This document shows, piece after piece, positions 1 to 12,479 of a DNA stretch of 64,000 nt. Within the stretch, counting starts at the first letter, position 1, and each line of letters starts with the position of its first letter. Source of the DNA: Trichosphaerium sp. ATCC 40318 (lineage: Eukaryota > Protista > Tubulinea); the NCBI GenBank assembly GCA_038496445.1, contig JALMLS010000237.1:1-64000 (forward strand), in the 5' to 3' direction. The position numbers and the translations under genes are program-made. Below the pieces are notes generated by a model. That model ran no database searches and was not told the DNA's origin. It saw only the letters and a list, made by a program, of their open reading frames with translations.

Positions 1-931
1 GATTGCAGCGTTATGATGATCTAAATTCAAGGTGCGGTATTTCAGAGCCAATAGACTTTAGAAATTGAAACTGATAATAAATTAGGTCACACATGTTATG
101 AATAGATACAGTAGACATACTTTTACTGGGTTTCTCATTTTTTTCCGGAATGGACTACCACGTACTGAGATAGCAACAATAGAACCTTCGGGTGCCTCAT
201 CAATAATAGCCGTCATTTCCTTTGTAATCTGAGCTAGTGCTTTATTTGGGACGGTAATGAGACTATGACTCTAAAACACTGTGACTGAGCAATAGAACAA
301 TAGTATCGTACAACAACAAATGTTTCAGAATCATAGACTACAACATTCCATCCGTATTTTCCAACTGATTTCTGTTTTCCTGAAGTAAATGTAGCTTTAT
401 CACCACTCAGAGCTCCCGCTGAAGCCACAACAATTTCATTCTTGCAAACTAAACATGATGGTAGAACAGCTAATGCAAGTATGTTCACGTGATGTAGGTA
501 CCTTTTGGTTTGTTTTGTTGAATTAGCTTTCTGGCTTTAACGCTTTTAGGTTTTTTGATAGCTTTAACTGTATCTTGATTCCGTGTAAACATTGAACCAC
601 CTGTAGGCTGTAAAGTATTTTTAAGCCTTAAAGCCGATACTTTTTTATTGTCGGCTTCTTCGGTTGTATCTTCGCTAAGATTATTCTACTAAGCGTTATC
701 ACGTGCTCGTACAGTACAACAGGAATAAGAAACTCAAATATTTATAATAAATAAATAGATACGCACTAAGAATGTCCAGTATCCATACAATAGCACTGAA
801 AGAAGAAGCAAGCAAACTATATTTGTTTTTGTACATATTTTTACCCCCTTCCTCTTCTTTCGCTTAGATACTACAAATACTTGCTGATGAGGGGTAGAAA
901 ACTCCCATGAACGCTTTAGATTCCTCCTCAT
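1..931 (-). CDS. Type II membrane protein with ILEI/PANDER (FAM3-like) domain; multi-exon, 3' end outside window
   Basis: ATG 931, basic N-terminus followed by hydrophobic anchor (IVCLLLLSVLLYGYW). Spliced exons give GKYGWNVVVYDSETF...MTAIIDEAPEGSIVAISVRG...KSIGSEIPHLEFRSS, matching the ILEI pattern (GxNVVV.D...P.GSIV...S.GS...L.FR). Confidence 0.6.
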
Positions 932-1070
932 TCTGGCCGGAGATTAGGAACAATCACGTGTAGGAGGTTGCTTTTTTTAGTCCATTCGTTTCAAACCTTG
1001 ATATTTCTGGGTGAAAAACCTTCATTGAAACTCGAGTGTTGCATTCAAAACGACGTTGACGTACCGTACC

Positions 1071-2078
1071 ATGATGCGAAGCTCTATATTACTCGTTGAC
1101 TACCCAGGTCCTCAATACCACGCAAGCGTATTCTACCAAATACAAGTTTGCTCTTATAATACTATTATTTTAAACGGCCCTGGGTTCAAAGGAGCAGCGG
1201 GAGATGATAAATGGATAAAAGTTTACAACACTCCAAGTTTTGATGTCCAATCTCGCATACAGTTTGTAAATGATAACTGGACAAAGTTATTCGGTTTTGA
1301 GTTTGTACACGTATGTTCAGCATCAAAAGAGTTCTTAGAAGGTGTAAAGCATCGAAGTATTTGTAATACACGTATTCTTGGCTTGGCAGATCCCATCAGA
1401 CCAACATACGAAAGCTATCATGTTGATGTATTCGAAACAGTTACATTCAACAATAAACAATACAACCTTTGTCTACGTAAGATACCAAGACGCACTAACA
1501 GAAAGTATCCTTTCATGTGGACAAACAGTTCAAGAGTAGATCCTTGTCCTATATGTTTACCTCAAGAGAAAGTTATCTGTACTTCAATTGCAAGTTTACT
1601 TGAGCACATGGAAGCAAGACATGGAGGTCCAAAGAAAAAGAAAGAAAAAAAAACTTGTGTTGTTTGTTGGGAACAACATAAGCCCCATTTGTACATGTCC
1701 ATGTGCAAGGTAAAAAATAGCCATGCTAGATTCAATTATTCAAGGGGAACTCACAATGGATGCGATGAATGTAGGGTAACGTGTTACACAACAAAGGAGC
1801 TTATTCAACACTTGAGAGGAAAAAGACACAAGTTATTAGTGAGCAGAAAGAAACGTTATTTGCGTAAAATCAGGAATTCTGTTGTATTGACTGAACATTG
1901 GACTGTATTACGTATATTGTTTATTGGTTATTACGAAGAGAGTTCTAATTTTGGAGTGTTACCAAGGGAGATTTTCGACATTATTTTTGACCTTGTGATT
2001 GAGTCTAGTATATACCAAAGAGTAAAAGCTCAAAGTTGCGCTATACCTCTTTCAGGTGTCGTCACATACCTATACTAA
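1071..2078 (+). CDS. Intronless C2H2-type zinc-finger protein with C-terminal F-box-like motif
   Basis: Open ORF of about 335 aa. CPIC...HMEARH and CDEC...HLRGKRH motifs, plus C-terminal LRILFIG...FGVLPREIFDIIFDLV. Confidence 0.6.
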   Translation: MMRSSILLVDYPGPQYHASVFYQIQVCSYNTIILNGPGFKGAAGDDKWIKVYNTPSFDVQSRIQFVNDNWTKLFGFEFVHVCSASKEFLEGVKHRSICNTRILGLADPIRPTYESYHVDVFETVTFNNKQYNLCLRKIPRRTNRKYPFMWTNSSRVDPCPICLPQEKVICTSIASLLEHMEARHGGPKKKKEKKTCVVCWEQHKPHLYMSMCKVKNSHARFNYSRGTHNGCDECRVTCYTTKELIQHLRGKRHKLLVSRKKRYLRKIRNSVVLTEHWTVLRILFIGYYEESSNFGVLPREIFDIIFDLVIESSIYQRVKAQSCAIPLSGVVTYLY

Positions 2079-2627
2079 CAAAATAAACAGCAAAATTAGT
2101 ATAAATAAAACCTTGATCAAAATAAGTACATGAACAGGTTATTCTAGCCTAAACGTACTTTGTTTTTAAGCTAAGTATTTGAACTCCCATTAGCTTTTAA
2201 ACTTCCACGTGACTGCCGTCACTACATTCTCCCACTAACCTTAGGCAGCAGCCAGTATGCTATGACAATCTTGGCACATGATAAAGTCAGCCTTGAGCAC
2301 TAAATCACGTCCAGGACGCGAATAGCGGACGTATACCACACCACGATAAAAACTAGAAACGAGGTATAATGTGTCGAATCGTTCATGCGTATTCATTAAA
2401 TTCACGTGAATCACACATTGATTACCAACTCAAAAAACCCGTCTTCGCTCTTACATTGAACAGCAAAGAAAAACTTCTCTATAACTATATTTAACAAAGG
2501 ATCTTAGGTTCGAGTCTTATAGAGTTGAGTTGGTAACAAGAATGAGTCCGTTTGGTGAATAAAAGCAGAATTTTTTGGCATGAAAAGTCCATCTTTCTAA
2601 AATCAAACTAAACCAACCATTTAAACC

Positions 2628-3361
2628 ATGCACCTTCTTATCATTGCTACTTGCTTAATAGTATCAACAGTATTCGCTTCAACATTTGATGGATGTTCCT
2701 GTCTGCCTCAGAGTGAAGAAGAAATCTATTGTTCATCATCAGCAGTCCTTACCGTGGGTATTGTTCATGAGTATCCTTCAACAGCATCACAACGTATTTT
2801 CTTGGCTTCTATACAAGAAGTACATAAATATCCTGCTGGAGCACCTCCATTCAACTTGATTACAATAACAACAGGGTAAACGTAAACTAAATACTATGCT
2901 ATTCTAACACCCTCAAGGATTGACTCAGCATCTTGTGGCGTAGACTTTGAAGTAGGATCAACTAGCACTGGCTTCAAGGTACTCACTTGTTTGCTTATGT
3001 ACGCCAGTTAGCTGACTTCGTTTAGAAATACCTCATCCCAGGAACCGTTATACCAACTACAACACTATTAGATAATGTTCACGTGTCAAGTTGTACTATG
3101 GAAGGCTTCTGTAACGTTCCAGATCCAAGCCAAATCGATTGTGCAAATCCAACACCTTTGCCTGACCCAAGTCAATGTGTTTTCTGCCCAACGTCTACTC
3201 CACAATGTACAGGATGTTCGCATTGCGAAATTACACCTCAGCTATGCACAGAATGTCCTACGGCTCAATGTTGCGATAATATCAGATGTCAAGCTGCGCG
3301 TGAATGCACTGAAGGATGTGTTCAAGCTGGCTGCTGTGGAGGTTTTTGTGTACCACAATAG
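2628..3361 (+). CDS. Secreted TIMP/NTR-domain protein with Cys-rich C-terminal extension (3 exons)
   Basis: Signal peptide, then CSCLPQSEEEIYCSSSAVL...VHK...SASCGVDF, the TIMP N-domain pattern. GT-AG introns at about 2876-2917 and 2980-3025; last exon is Cys-rich. Confidence 0.7.
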
Positions 3362-3466
3362 TGTAGTAGTAAACACCCCCGTTTAGCATTTTTTGGTATT
3401 ATGGTTGTTTAGAATTGTTACATTGAGATTAAACTGTTTTGTACTTTTTTTATTATTAGAAGTTTT

Positions 3467-5705
3467 TTAGTCATTATCTATTGCATCCATAGTAGTACTG
3501 TAAACACCAAGTATTCCAAGGAATATTGAAAATATCAAAAGTATAAGCACAGGAATCTTTTTCCCGTAAGGACGTAAAAAGTACTTTAGATTTGCTCTGT
3601 TTAGTGGCCTGCAAAAAGTACGTTAATGTCAGTGTTTCAGACAGTTTAAACGTACAATCGTTCTTTCTGTGTGCTTTTTGAATTGACCAGTGACGTGCTT
3701 TCATCTTCCTGTGGAGTACTTGTCATTTTCTACATGATCAAAAGTTTAAGTAGCTGTTTTTGTTTTGGATGACTTAACAAAACACTTGAAAGCACAAAAG
3801 GTCAAGAACTACTTCTCTGAAATGCGTACCTCTGTAAAATCATCAGTTGCTTTTGCAGTCAAAAGCAAGTAAAAACAACATGGGAAAATAAGGACAATCA
3901 GAGCACCTCCCTAGTATTTTCAGTCAGTGTTTTTTTTTTGGAACTCTGTTTTGAGATGTTTTACCGTTGCGCCTGTGTATGCGAATACAATCTCGATACC
4001 AGGTAATAGAATAGCTAGAATATACGAAGAACTGATTACAAGCGCTGTAAATCCAAAAATTCGAATGTGTGTGATTGGTTGGTAGTTCCAGAAAATAAGC
4101 CTATCAAGTGCGTTCCTAGTACAAAAATTAAAAACGACATCGCTTTTTTTTGCGATCATGTACCTCAGTGGATAACACAATATTGGATAAGAGAACATAA
4201 TAATAAGAGAGTATCCAATTTTTATAATATCAAATAATAAATCTCCCTCAAAGTCGTTCAAGATGTTACCTAGCTCAAGTTAAAAAAAACACCAGAAGAA
4301 TACGACACTAAAATTCGAACTCACCAGTAATTTCGCTTCCGAAGTTCAAGTAACCAAATATAGCCACTGTAAAGTACGTTGTAAAACAAATACCAACTGC
4401 TGAGAAAACCTAAATTATCACGTGATAAGCGTGTCAACGCACTAAAGAGAAAAGTTTTTTTTTCAAAACAGTTAAATATGCGTACTGCAACTTGTATTGT
4501 TTTCGTCCCTGAGTCACGCATCTCGTTCCAAATTGGAAAGATATTTGGATGAAACGTGAATGCGAATATTATAATAGGTGGCGTTTGGAACGTTTGGATG
4601 TCAAACTTGGCCAAAATGATGTCCTGTGTGTCTAAACCACTTGCTATTTTTTGTGATCCACGGATTACTACGCCAACTAAGAAGAACACTATACATCCCA
4701 CAGCAACCTAACATATGCATAAGTAAAGTGTACAGCCTCTTGTATTCGTACAATTGAAGTAAACCGGAGCGAGTGTATATGTTTCAAATTACAAAGAGGG
4801 AATAACACAAAAATGCAAACCATCGCTTGTACAAGTCTAAGAACAAGTCAGCAAACTCTTTTCAATAATACGGGCTGAAACCGTACTCTTTTGGTAGATA
4901 AAGTCCAGGCCATGCCAGTAATGGTGTAACCAAATCACCTAAGGAACGTCATCATAAAACAAAGCACGTGCTTTGCTTTTAACTAGCATAAAAATACTGA
5001 GCGTACCCAAAATACCAATGTAACCTATCATTGTTCCAAAAAGAAAGAGTACCAAAGTTAGGTCAACCTGTTATAATAGCGATTAATGGAAGACAAGTAT
5101 TACTGGCGTATGCATACAATTATAGGTCCTGCGACACCAAAAGCAGTGCGGCTCAAAGCTTTGTAAGATTTTCCTGAGTAATACGTAAGATATACCGTTT
5201 TATTACCAAAAGGCCGCTTCAAAATGATTTCTAAAAGAGCCAAAGAAAGGAATGACATTTTGAGTCTTCACGGTACTTTTCTCAATTTACAGAAACTTCT
5301 GTACGCTATAAAACAATCGTACCTCCGCTCACAGGTGGTACAGAGAGTGAAGTTAATAGACTTGAGCTATAACTGACCAAAGCAGCGCCAATCACTAGTA
5401 AAGCAACGCCAAGTACAACCCCTGATGAAAAACGTTTGGTTAGCACGTGATTTTACAAAAAAAAAAGACAGCTAACCTGTAACCCCAAATGTAAATGGAA
5501 GTGCTAAAATACCGCCACCAATGATCGTATTGGTGAGATTAAATATGGCAGATATGATACCAGCGCCAGGTGACTCTAGAATCTCTGGATCCTCCTCAGC
5601 CGCATTGTTTGTACTATCACTGCTTGTTCTGGATCTGGACATGCTTGGAGAGTCCTGATCAGTTGAAGTGGTAACTTGAATAGCCGTTGGTGGCGCAGAA
5701 GCCAT
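3467..5705 (-). CDS. Amino acid transporter (Aa_trans / SLC38-AVT family), multi-exon
   Basis: AIFNLTNTIIGGGILALPF, FAFTFHPNIFPI, FGYLNFG and FSYPILCYPLR motifs joined in frame through canonical introns. Confidence 0.92.
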
Positions 5706-5803
5706 GATTTTTTTAATTCGTCACAATTGCAACTTAACCGGACATATTATTAAGCGAACCTTGCTGTAACCAACTCCTATCTCAAAACAACATCGCTAAA
5801 ACT

Positions 5804-6240
5804 ATGAGCTTCCCTGGCGTCTCAGTTAAGCAAGCAATCACATACTACCTCAAAGCCCACACAAAGAAATTCGTTGGAATTAACAAAAAACAAAATGAAA
5901 CATTCGTAAAACAACTTGAAAGTTTCTTAAACGTGACGAACACATGTTTACTAGAACAACTTGACAATCTTCTTTTTGAATACACCGAATCCATAGAAAA
6001 TAAAACAAGCCAGAATGTGATGCAACCCTTGGAGCTTAAGGAGCAGAAAATCAAACAAACAAGAGTGCGTTTGAATAAATGAAGTTAGTGACTAAACAAA
6101 CAGTTAGAGTCAAGCTTGTATAATCAACTATGCCTGATCAAATGGAATGTGCTGACAACGGTTCCTCGATGGAGATTCAACACATATTCAAGGACAACTA
6201 AACATTCAAACAAATCAAGAAGTGCTTGTTTGAATATGTA
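5804..6240 (+). CDS. Hypothetical protein (2 exons)
   Basis: ATG 5804; phase-0 GTGCGT...CTAA...CAG intron at about 6065-6103 extends the frame to TAA 6240. Head-to-head with the transporter, 98 bp apart. Confidence 0.4.
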
Positions 6241-6301
6241 ATGCAAGCCAGATACCTAGACTTATTAGTGACTAAGATTCCCCTAAACGAAGCAGACAAC
6301 T

Positions 6302-7591
6302 ATGCACAGTGTTACAAATGTGCTTGAATTTCCACCAGAGGTTATTGCGAATATTCTACATCATACAGAAGCAAAAACAAGATTCGCAATTGCTCAATCA
6401 TGTAGTTTGATGGCTGATGTCATGCACGATGTTGTTGGATATGAGGATGTTTATATCAAGCGTGTTCCTGACATTCTTAAGATAAGACAGTACAAGGGGA
6501 TAATGAATAACAGTAGAGTCGTACTTAAAACAAAGGAAAACCATACTTTGTTTTCATTGTTATCTGGGTGTCGCGTAATTGATGCATCTGTAAGTACTAT
6601 TCGCATTACAGATGACGATCTAGAAGAGCTTGCAGGTGTCCATTGTATTGATCTTCATGCTTGTAGCAATGTTACCGACAGAGGTATAGTTGCATTAAAA
6701 GGTGTTCATGCCATAAACCTAGAAGACACTCATGTGACAGATGCAGGTATTAAACAACTCGCTGGTGTTCATACTATTCACCTTCGCGAAACAATTATAG
6801 ATGACGGTGTAATAGCACTTGCAGGTGTTCATAATATAGACCTTACGCTCACTTCAGTGTCAGATGAAGGTGTCAAAGCTCTTGCAGGCGTACATACCAT
6901 TCACCTTGATGGTACTTCAGTGACTGATGAGGGTATCAAAGCGCTAGCAGGCGTTCATAGTATTGATCTTGCTGATACATTGGCAACAGATGAAGCTCTC
7001 ATAGCATTAAAAGGTGTACATGCGATCAATCTCTTTGGCACTAAAGTAACAGATACAGGCATAAAGGCGTTAGCAGGTGTTCATACAATTAGCCTTGATG
7101 GTGTTTCAGTGACTGATGAAGGTATTAAAGCACTTGCTGGGGTTCATACCATTCACCTTGAGGATGCAATGGAGGTTACTGATGAAGGCATCAAATCTCT
7201 TGCAGGGGTACATATGATCGCCCTTGGTGGCACTAAAGTGACAGATGAAGGTGTCAAAGCGCTTGCAGGCGTTCATACCATCGGTCTTACCAATACATTA
7301 GTGACAAATGCTGGTATCAAAGCATTAAAGGGAATCCATGTGATTGATGTTCATGGCACTGAAGTTACAGATGAAGGCATAATAGCTATTTATGGCGTTC
7401 AATCTGCTCATAATATTGGTATTGAGGGTTGCTCAGTACCAAATAGCATAGAGGGACCACAATATGTTAAAGTGGCAAGATTCGAACAATATGAGATGCC
7501 AATTGATTATTGGTTTGATACTTTTTGGAGGCGTATAAAACCAACAAAACAGTATATTTTAAGGCCTTTAAATCCAGTCAGTAACTTGTAA
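6302..7591 (+). CDS. F-box + LRR protein (about 12 repeats of 21-22 aa)
   Basis: N-terminal LEFPPEVIANIL F-box; tandem LAGVHxIxLxxTxVTDEGIKA repeats; coding region has no intron. Confidence 0.9.
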   Translation: MHSVTNVLEFPPEVIANILHHTEAKTRFAIAQSCSLMADVMHDVVGYEDVYIKRVPDILKIRQYKGIMNNSRVVLKTKENHTLFSLLSGCRVIDASVSTIRITDDDLEELAGVHCIDLHACSNVTDRGIVALKGVHAINLEDTHVTDAGIKQLAGVHTIHLRETIIDDGVIALAGVHNIDLTLTSVSDEGVKALAGVHTIHLDGTSVTDEGIKALAGVHSIDLADTLATDEALIALKGVHAINLFGTKVTDTGIKALAGVHTISLDGVSVTDEGIKALAGVHTIHLEDAMEVTDEGIKSLAGVHMIALGGTKVTDEGVKALAGVHTIGLTNTLVTNAGIKALKGIHVIDVHGTEVTDEGIIAIYGVQSAHNIGIEGCSVPNSIEGPQYVKVARFEQYEMPIDYWFDTFWRRIKPTKQYILRPLNPVSNL

Positions 7592-8140
7592 CACACTGCA
7601 GCATAGGCATTACCGCCTTCCATATTCATACGACTAATAGACGTTAGATTAATACTTTGGCTCTAACTAGCCAGGCGTTGTAAAATCCAATTTAATAGTT
7701 GTTAGGTAACTTTTGCATAACTATCCTGGCCGCGAAGTTTGATTGTAAGCACCACGTGATAGTGGGGCAGCACATTTTTTACAATTTGTACAATTTGCCG
7801 ATTGCCTAAAATTAGAGAATTTGCGTGAAAATACATAAAATTACCTTGTATATAAAAAATAAATTGGCAGAACTGGCAATACCTTTTCTCACCACTGTAT
7901 TAACGAAATAAGTTATTACTTCACAGTACTCTATAGTATACCTCATTTTATTGTTACGCTAGCATACGCTAAAGTGTACATACCAAACGGCTGCAATGCC
8001 AAAAGTAGTTAATAACTTACGTGAAACGTTCAAGCTCAGATAAAATTGTCCTCAGGTTAAGCTACTTGATTCAACTTGTACCCTAAACGTCAACCACGAC
8101 ATAATAACGCTACTTACAAGGGCATACTTCAGTTACGTAA

Positions 8141-8204
8141 TTTCCCGCCACTGACGTACAGTTAAGCCACTTATTTTTTTCTCTTCACAACCGCCACTAA
8201 CGTA
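8141..8204 (+). promoter_or_regulatory. Putative E2F site plus duplicated CCGCCACT[G/A]ACGTA motif upstream of TACC gene
   Basis: TTTCCCGC at 8141-8148; 14-nt near-perfect direct repeat at 8145-8158 and 8191-8204, within 90 bp of the ATG. Confidence 0.35.
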
Positions 8205-8230
8205 TACCTAACGCATCTAACACAAACAAT

Positions 8231-9981
8231 ATGGCTACAATAACCGGTGTACGTTAATTGATTAAACACTCATTTCAACAAGATTGCTCAATAACGCTCC
8301 TACAGAATCAAAACGTAGTCATTCAAGCGTTTTCTAGTCCTGGACCTTCTGGTAGCTCTGGACCACTTACAGATATAACAAATACTCCAAGAACGCCCCT
8401 TGGGACTTCAAAGGGTGTTAAAGTGGACCTCGCTCTCGTACGCACTTTTCTACAGTAGCGGTTAATCAGATACATTTAATCTACTGTTTCTGGGACTACT
8501 TGAGCGTTTTAAGCTTTAGTACGCGTAACCGACACTTGGCTGACGGTTTTATAGGATGACGATGTTGGAAGCTTCTTCGCTGAGAACTGGACGCCACAAT
8601 ACGGCGATGACGTGCGTACCAAGAGCATTTAACACATTCCTAAATCCGGACAAAATCTAATAATCGTACCAGAGTCTATCAGAGGAAATTGCGTCTACTG
8701 ACAAGAAACTATACACGCAGGAGCAACTGGACGAACAAGTACAAAAGGTAAGAAAAATCGAAATAAGCACAAAATCATCAAAGCTGCTTTGTAGAGCATC
8801 TATTTACGTTAAAAACAGGCTATCAGTGATGCCAAGGCTCAATATAAATATACTCAAGAAGACCTTGATAAAGCAGTTACCGCAGCGCGAGATGCAGCAC
8901 TTGAACAGGTAAGAGAGAGGGTTACATTTTTTGTTTCTTTTTTATTTCTTCGACTTTTGGGCTTTTTCTTTATTTCTCGCGTATTGTTGCTCATTATTTA
9001 TGTTTGCTAGGCTGCACTTATTGCTAATGAAGCGGAAAAAATGGAAAAAGCGTACCAACAAGCGAATGAAGAGAAAGCGCAGTTGACATCGATGTTGTCC
9101 GAGTATGAGGCCGTTTTATCGAATGTAATGGGTACGTCTTTCTTTATTTTGTGCTACACCACCATGCGATACAGCTGTAATATTTAGTTGCCCTGAAGCT
9201 ACTTTTGCGCCAACGCTAAACTTTTTCTTTCTTGGAATATTCTTTTTTTTTCTCTATTTTTTCGTGTTCATTGTTTGAATTGTGAGCGTTTTTGATGAGT
9301 ATTATTTGCTAGTATCCATGATATAAATATATTCTCGCTTAATCTCACTCAATTGAAGCCACAGAGTTTTATTTTATCTTTTTCCGATCAAACGACTGAT
9401 TCGGTGTATTAATTTGTTTGTTTAGCAAACAATGACTCAAAGGCTTCTTCCGTAAATGCCGTATACGCTCAGAAAGTAACAAATCTTCAGCTCGAGAATG
9501 CTAAACTGAAGCAAGAACATGAAGAAATTGAGAATAGCTTCAAACAACTACACCAACGTTATGAACAAATGAAGCAAATTAACCATAATTTTACAAAGGT
9601 ATAAATTTCTTTGTTCATTGTCACCTTGTTTCTGAAGTACCTCTCTAACACATACCTCTCTAGAACGAAACAGTGCTTAAACAAACATTATCAAAGACAC
9701 AGAATGACCTTATGTCATCTGAAGCTCAATTCCAAACGTTGAAGCAGCATGCCGAAGAAAAACTTCGTGATGCTTCCCGCCAAATTTCAGAAGCTCATTG
9801 GCAAAAAGAACATGTTAGAGCATTACTTACAGGTCGATTAAATCACTTGAAAGCAAGAGTCCGTGTCTCAGAGAATGAATTAAAAGGACAGAAGGAACAT
9901 AACAAGATGTTGGAAAAGATGTTTTCGAATGTATTTAAAGGAGGAGAAGGCAAAAGTGAAGAGAACGTCAAGAGCTCTTGA
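8231..9981 (+). CDS. TACC: TACC-domain (transforming acidic coiled-coil) spindle protein, multi-exon
   Basis: Spliced C-terminus IENSFKQLHQRYEQMKQINHNFTKNETVLK...QFQTLKQHAEEKLRDASRQI matches the TACC domain; KYTQEDLDKAV upstream. Confidence 0.85.
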
Positions 9982-10708
9982 AAAGTTACAAAAAAAAAAA
10001 AGAAGAAAAAAAACCGAAAAAAATTTTGATTGCATGTGGTGGGTATACAAGATGGGTTTTTTGATGAAGTTTCTCTGGTTTCCGTCTTTGAAATTATTAT
10101 CATCCAGGACCATAGATAGCGGATTAAAAAAAAACTGATTATCCGTCACCACACGCTTGAACTTTTTTTTTCTTGTAATTTTAGCCCAAACTACCGTTTG
10201 TTCCATAACATCCGCTTTGGCTCTCCTGTATATGTACATAAGTAAAAATTAGAAATTAGTTAGTCTACTAGTACTGTTTCTTAGAGTAAAGAGCAAATTG
10301 TGAATGAAAAAAAAAGACCTTGTTGCTGTAGATACATGTACCCTAATGTAAAGTTGTGTCAGTTATATGTCCATTATACTGCAAAATATAATCTATTGGT
10401 TGACGGATCTCTTCAATTGTTACAGGCAGGTTGTGAGTTGCGACCAGTTAAGTGAACCGCGAGCTGAATTTTGTTGTTTTAGCAAAATCTCTGCTTTAAT
10501 TTGAATGTATCGGGTATTCATTAATAAGCTTGCTGTGTATTGGTACACCAGTGATAATTTACAACATTACTATAACTACCCGAGATGGAACGCCAACCAC
10601 ACTTCACAACACGATTTGTTTTGCAATCTTTTTTTTTAGGGATGCAAGTTTGGCTCGATTCGTTGAATCTTCCCGTTTTGGAAGCTTTAGTCACCGGAAA
10701 CCAACAAC

Positions 10709-12173
10709 ATGCACGCTGCATCTCTATTTTTTGTTTCTTCTTGTTTGGTCGTATTAACTTACGGGTTTTCTACCAGCGCGATCTCGATATGTCCAGCTAC
10801 AACCACAAATATATGTGCAGTTATGTGTAAAAACGCGTAAGTTGACATAAACCCGCCTTGTAGAGGCCTTGTTTAATACTTTTCTGCTAATACGCTCTTT
10901 AGACCTTCACAGAACCTCGGCGGCTCTCTAACTATCAGTGGTATAATAGGAGAGTACTATATTCCTGGACAGAAATACGTCTTTGGTGTATTTGCAAATG
11001 CAGAACTACCTTACGTTGTACGCACATTTTAGGACTCCATTTACATTAAAACGCTGTTTAGGGAGTAGTTGCATCATTTTATACTGGTGAGGTTGGCCAA
11101 GGAACGATAGCAGGTACTATCAAGTCTGGCACCCGCGAGCTTTCATCTGCATCGTCTGGATTTTCTACGAAACGATGCAGAGGCTCTATCCGTCATACCA
11201 ATGGTAGTACTAAGGCTGGCATACAGTCATTCTATTGGACAGCTCCTCCTGTGGGAACTGGTACTGTAACTCTCGGTGTACGCTAACGTTAACACTAAGC
11301 TTACCAAAACTCCTCGCTTTGAGGGTCAGCTTTATTTTCTGTACTTCTAAGATCTTGTGACGTTGTTCTTACAGTTTTTAACAGGCTTGGATCGTTGCAT
11401 CAAGAAATTCTTCTGGTTGCGTTTGGACTAAAATCGAAAGAGTATACAAGGAACTTCCAAGATATAAAAGTCCTTGCAATGACCCTAAGAGTCTCCCTAT
11501 GTCTTTTAATAAGTTCATGTTCAATATTGATACTATTGAGACGGCTGTTAAAAGCGGAAGCTACAGAGTACAAGAAGGAGATTTACACGATATTGTAAAG
11601 TACCTTAAAGAAGCAAAAACAATTGCAGTTTCTGGAGCTAAAATGTCTCAACGCGCTGCCCACAAGCTCTACAGAAAAGCAGTACAGTGTAAAGCTGTTG
11701 TGAGCAGATGGCATAAGGCTATTGTTGATGGAGAAGAGAGCGACAACCACATTTCAAGAGAGGAATATGGCCATCATGCAAAAGTATTCGGTAGAGTATG
11801 TGATACACTTGATGCTGATTTGGATACCTTCATGGAAGGGTTAGACTGGAACAAAGGGTTTCTGAAGAACATGGAAGAAGCCAAGAATGGTGTTGTTAAC
11901 GTTATCACTTCTTTTGCTGTCGCAAATGATAAATCCGCTAAAAACTTTTGGCACTTTGTTCTTGAACAAATTCTTCAAAATATGCCTTTTGAAACTGCCA
12001 CTTGTCATAAAACGGACATCTACGGCCTCTTTGACTTAGATGATGATACATTAGACGCACTATATGAAGATTTAGAAAGCACAGTCGAAGAACTTGTTGA
12101 TTACAAAGTAGATCTTTTAACAAACACAAAAATGTTGTTTATGTATGCAAAGTATTTGCAATTTATGCAGTAA
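10709..12173 (+). CDS. Secreted Reeler-domain protein fused to an uncharacterised acidic helical C-terminal domain (4 exons)
   Basis: Signal peptide MHAASLFFVSSCLVVLTYG; YIPGQKY and RHTNGSTK...FYWTAPPVGTGTVTL Reeler motifs; last exon from about 11386 runs in frame into ORF 11499-12173. Confidence 0.7.
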
Positions 12174-12479
12174 AAGGCTTTACAAGCAAGAATAAACTAT
12201 AGTTTATGCCCCTACAACATTACACGGTAGTCCTACATAGCTTTTTAGGAATCTTAAGTACAAACAAATTCTACAAAGTTACACGTGCTTCACACGTGCT
12301 AATACAACTTACTGTAGGAAGTGATCTTGACCGCCTTTTGGCGTAGACTTGCTCTCACAACAACAGAAGAATTTCGTTAAACAGCAAAGGTCGTTCAGTG
12401 CAACGCGTACAATAAAGGTGTGGTTAGACAATTCACAATACTTACAACAGAAATGATAAAAAATGAGCCTTTATTATTA

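Noticed and set aside
2470-2530. GGTTCGAGTC B-box-like sequence in an imperfect hairpin, a possible tRNA
   Set aside because: No cloverleaf, A-box or anticodon arm can be built.
10300-10700. Coding-like stretches at 10300-10700 (also 20950-21450 and 53135-53330)
   Set aside because: No consistent exon chain or recognisable motif; possibly decayed genes but not supportable.
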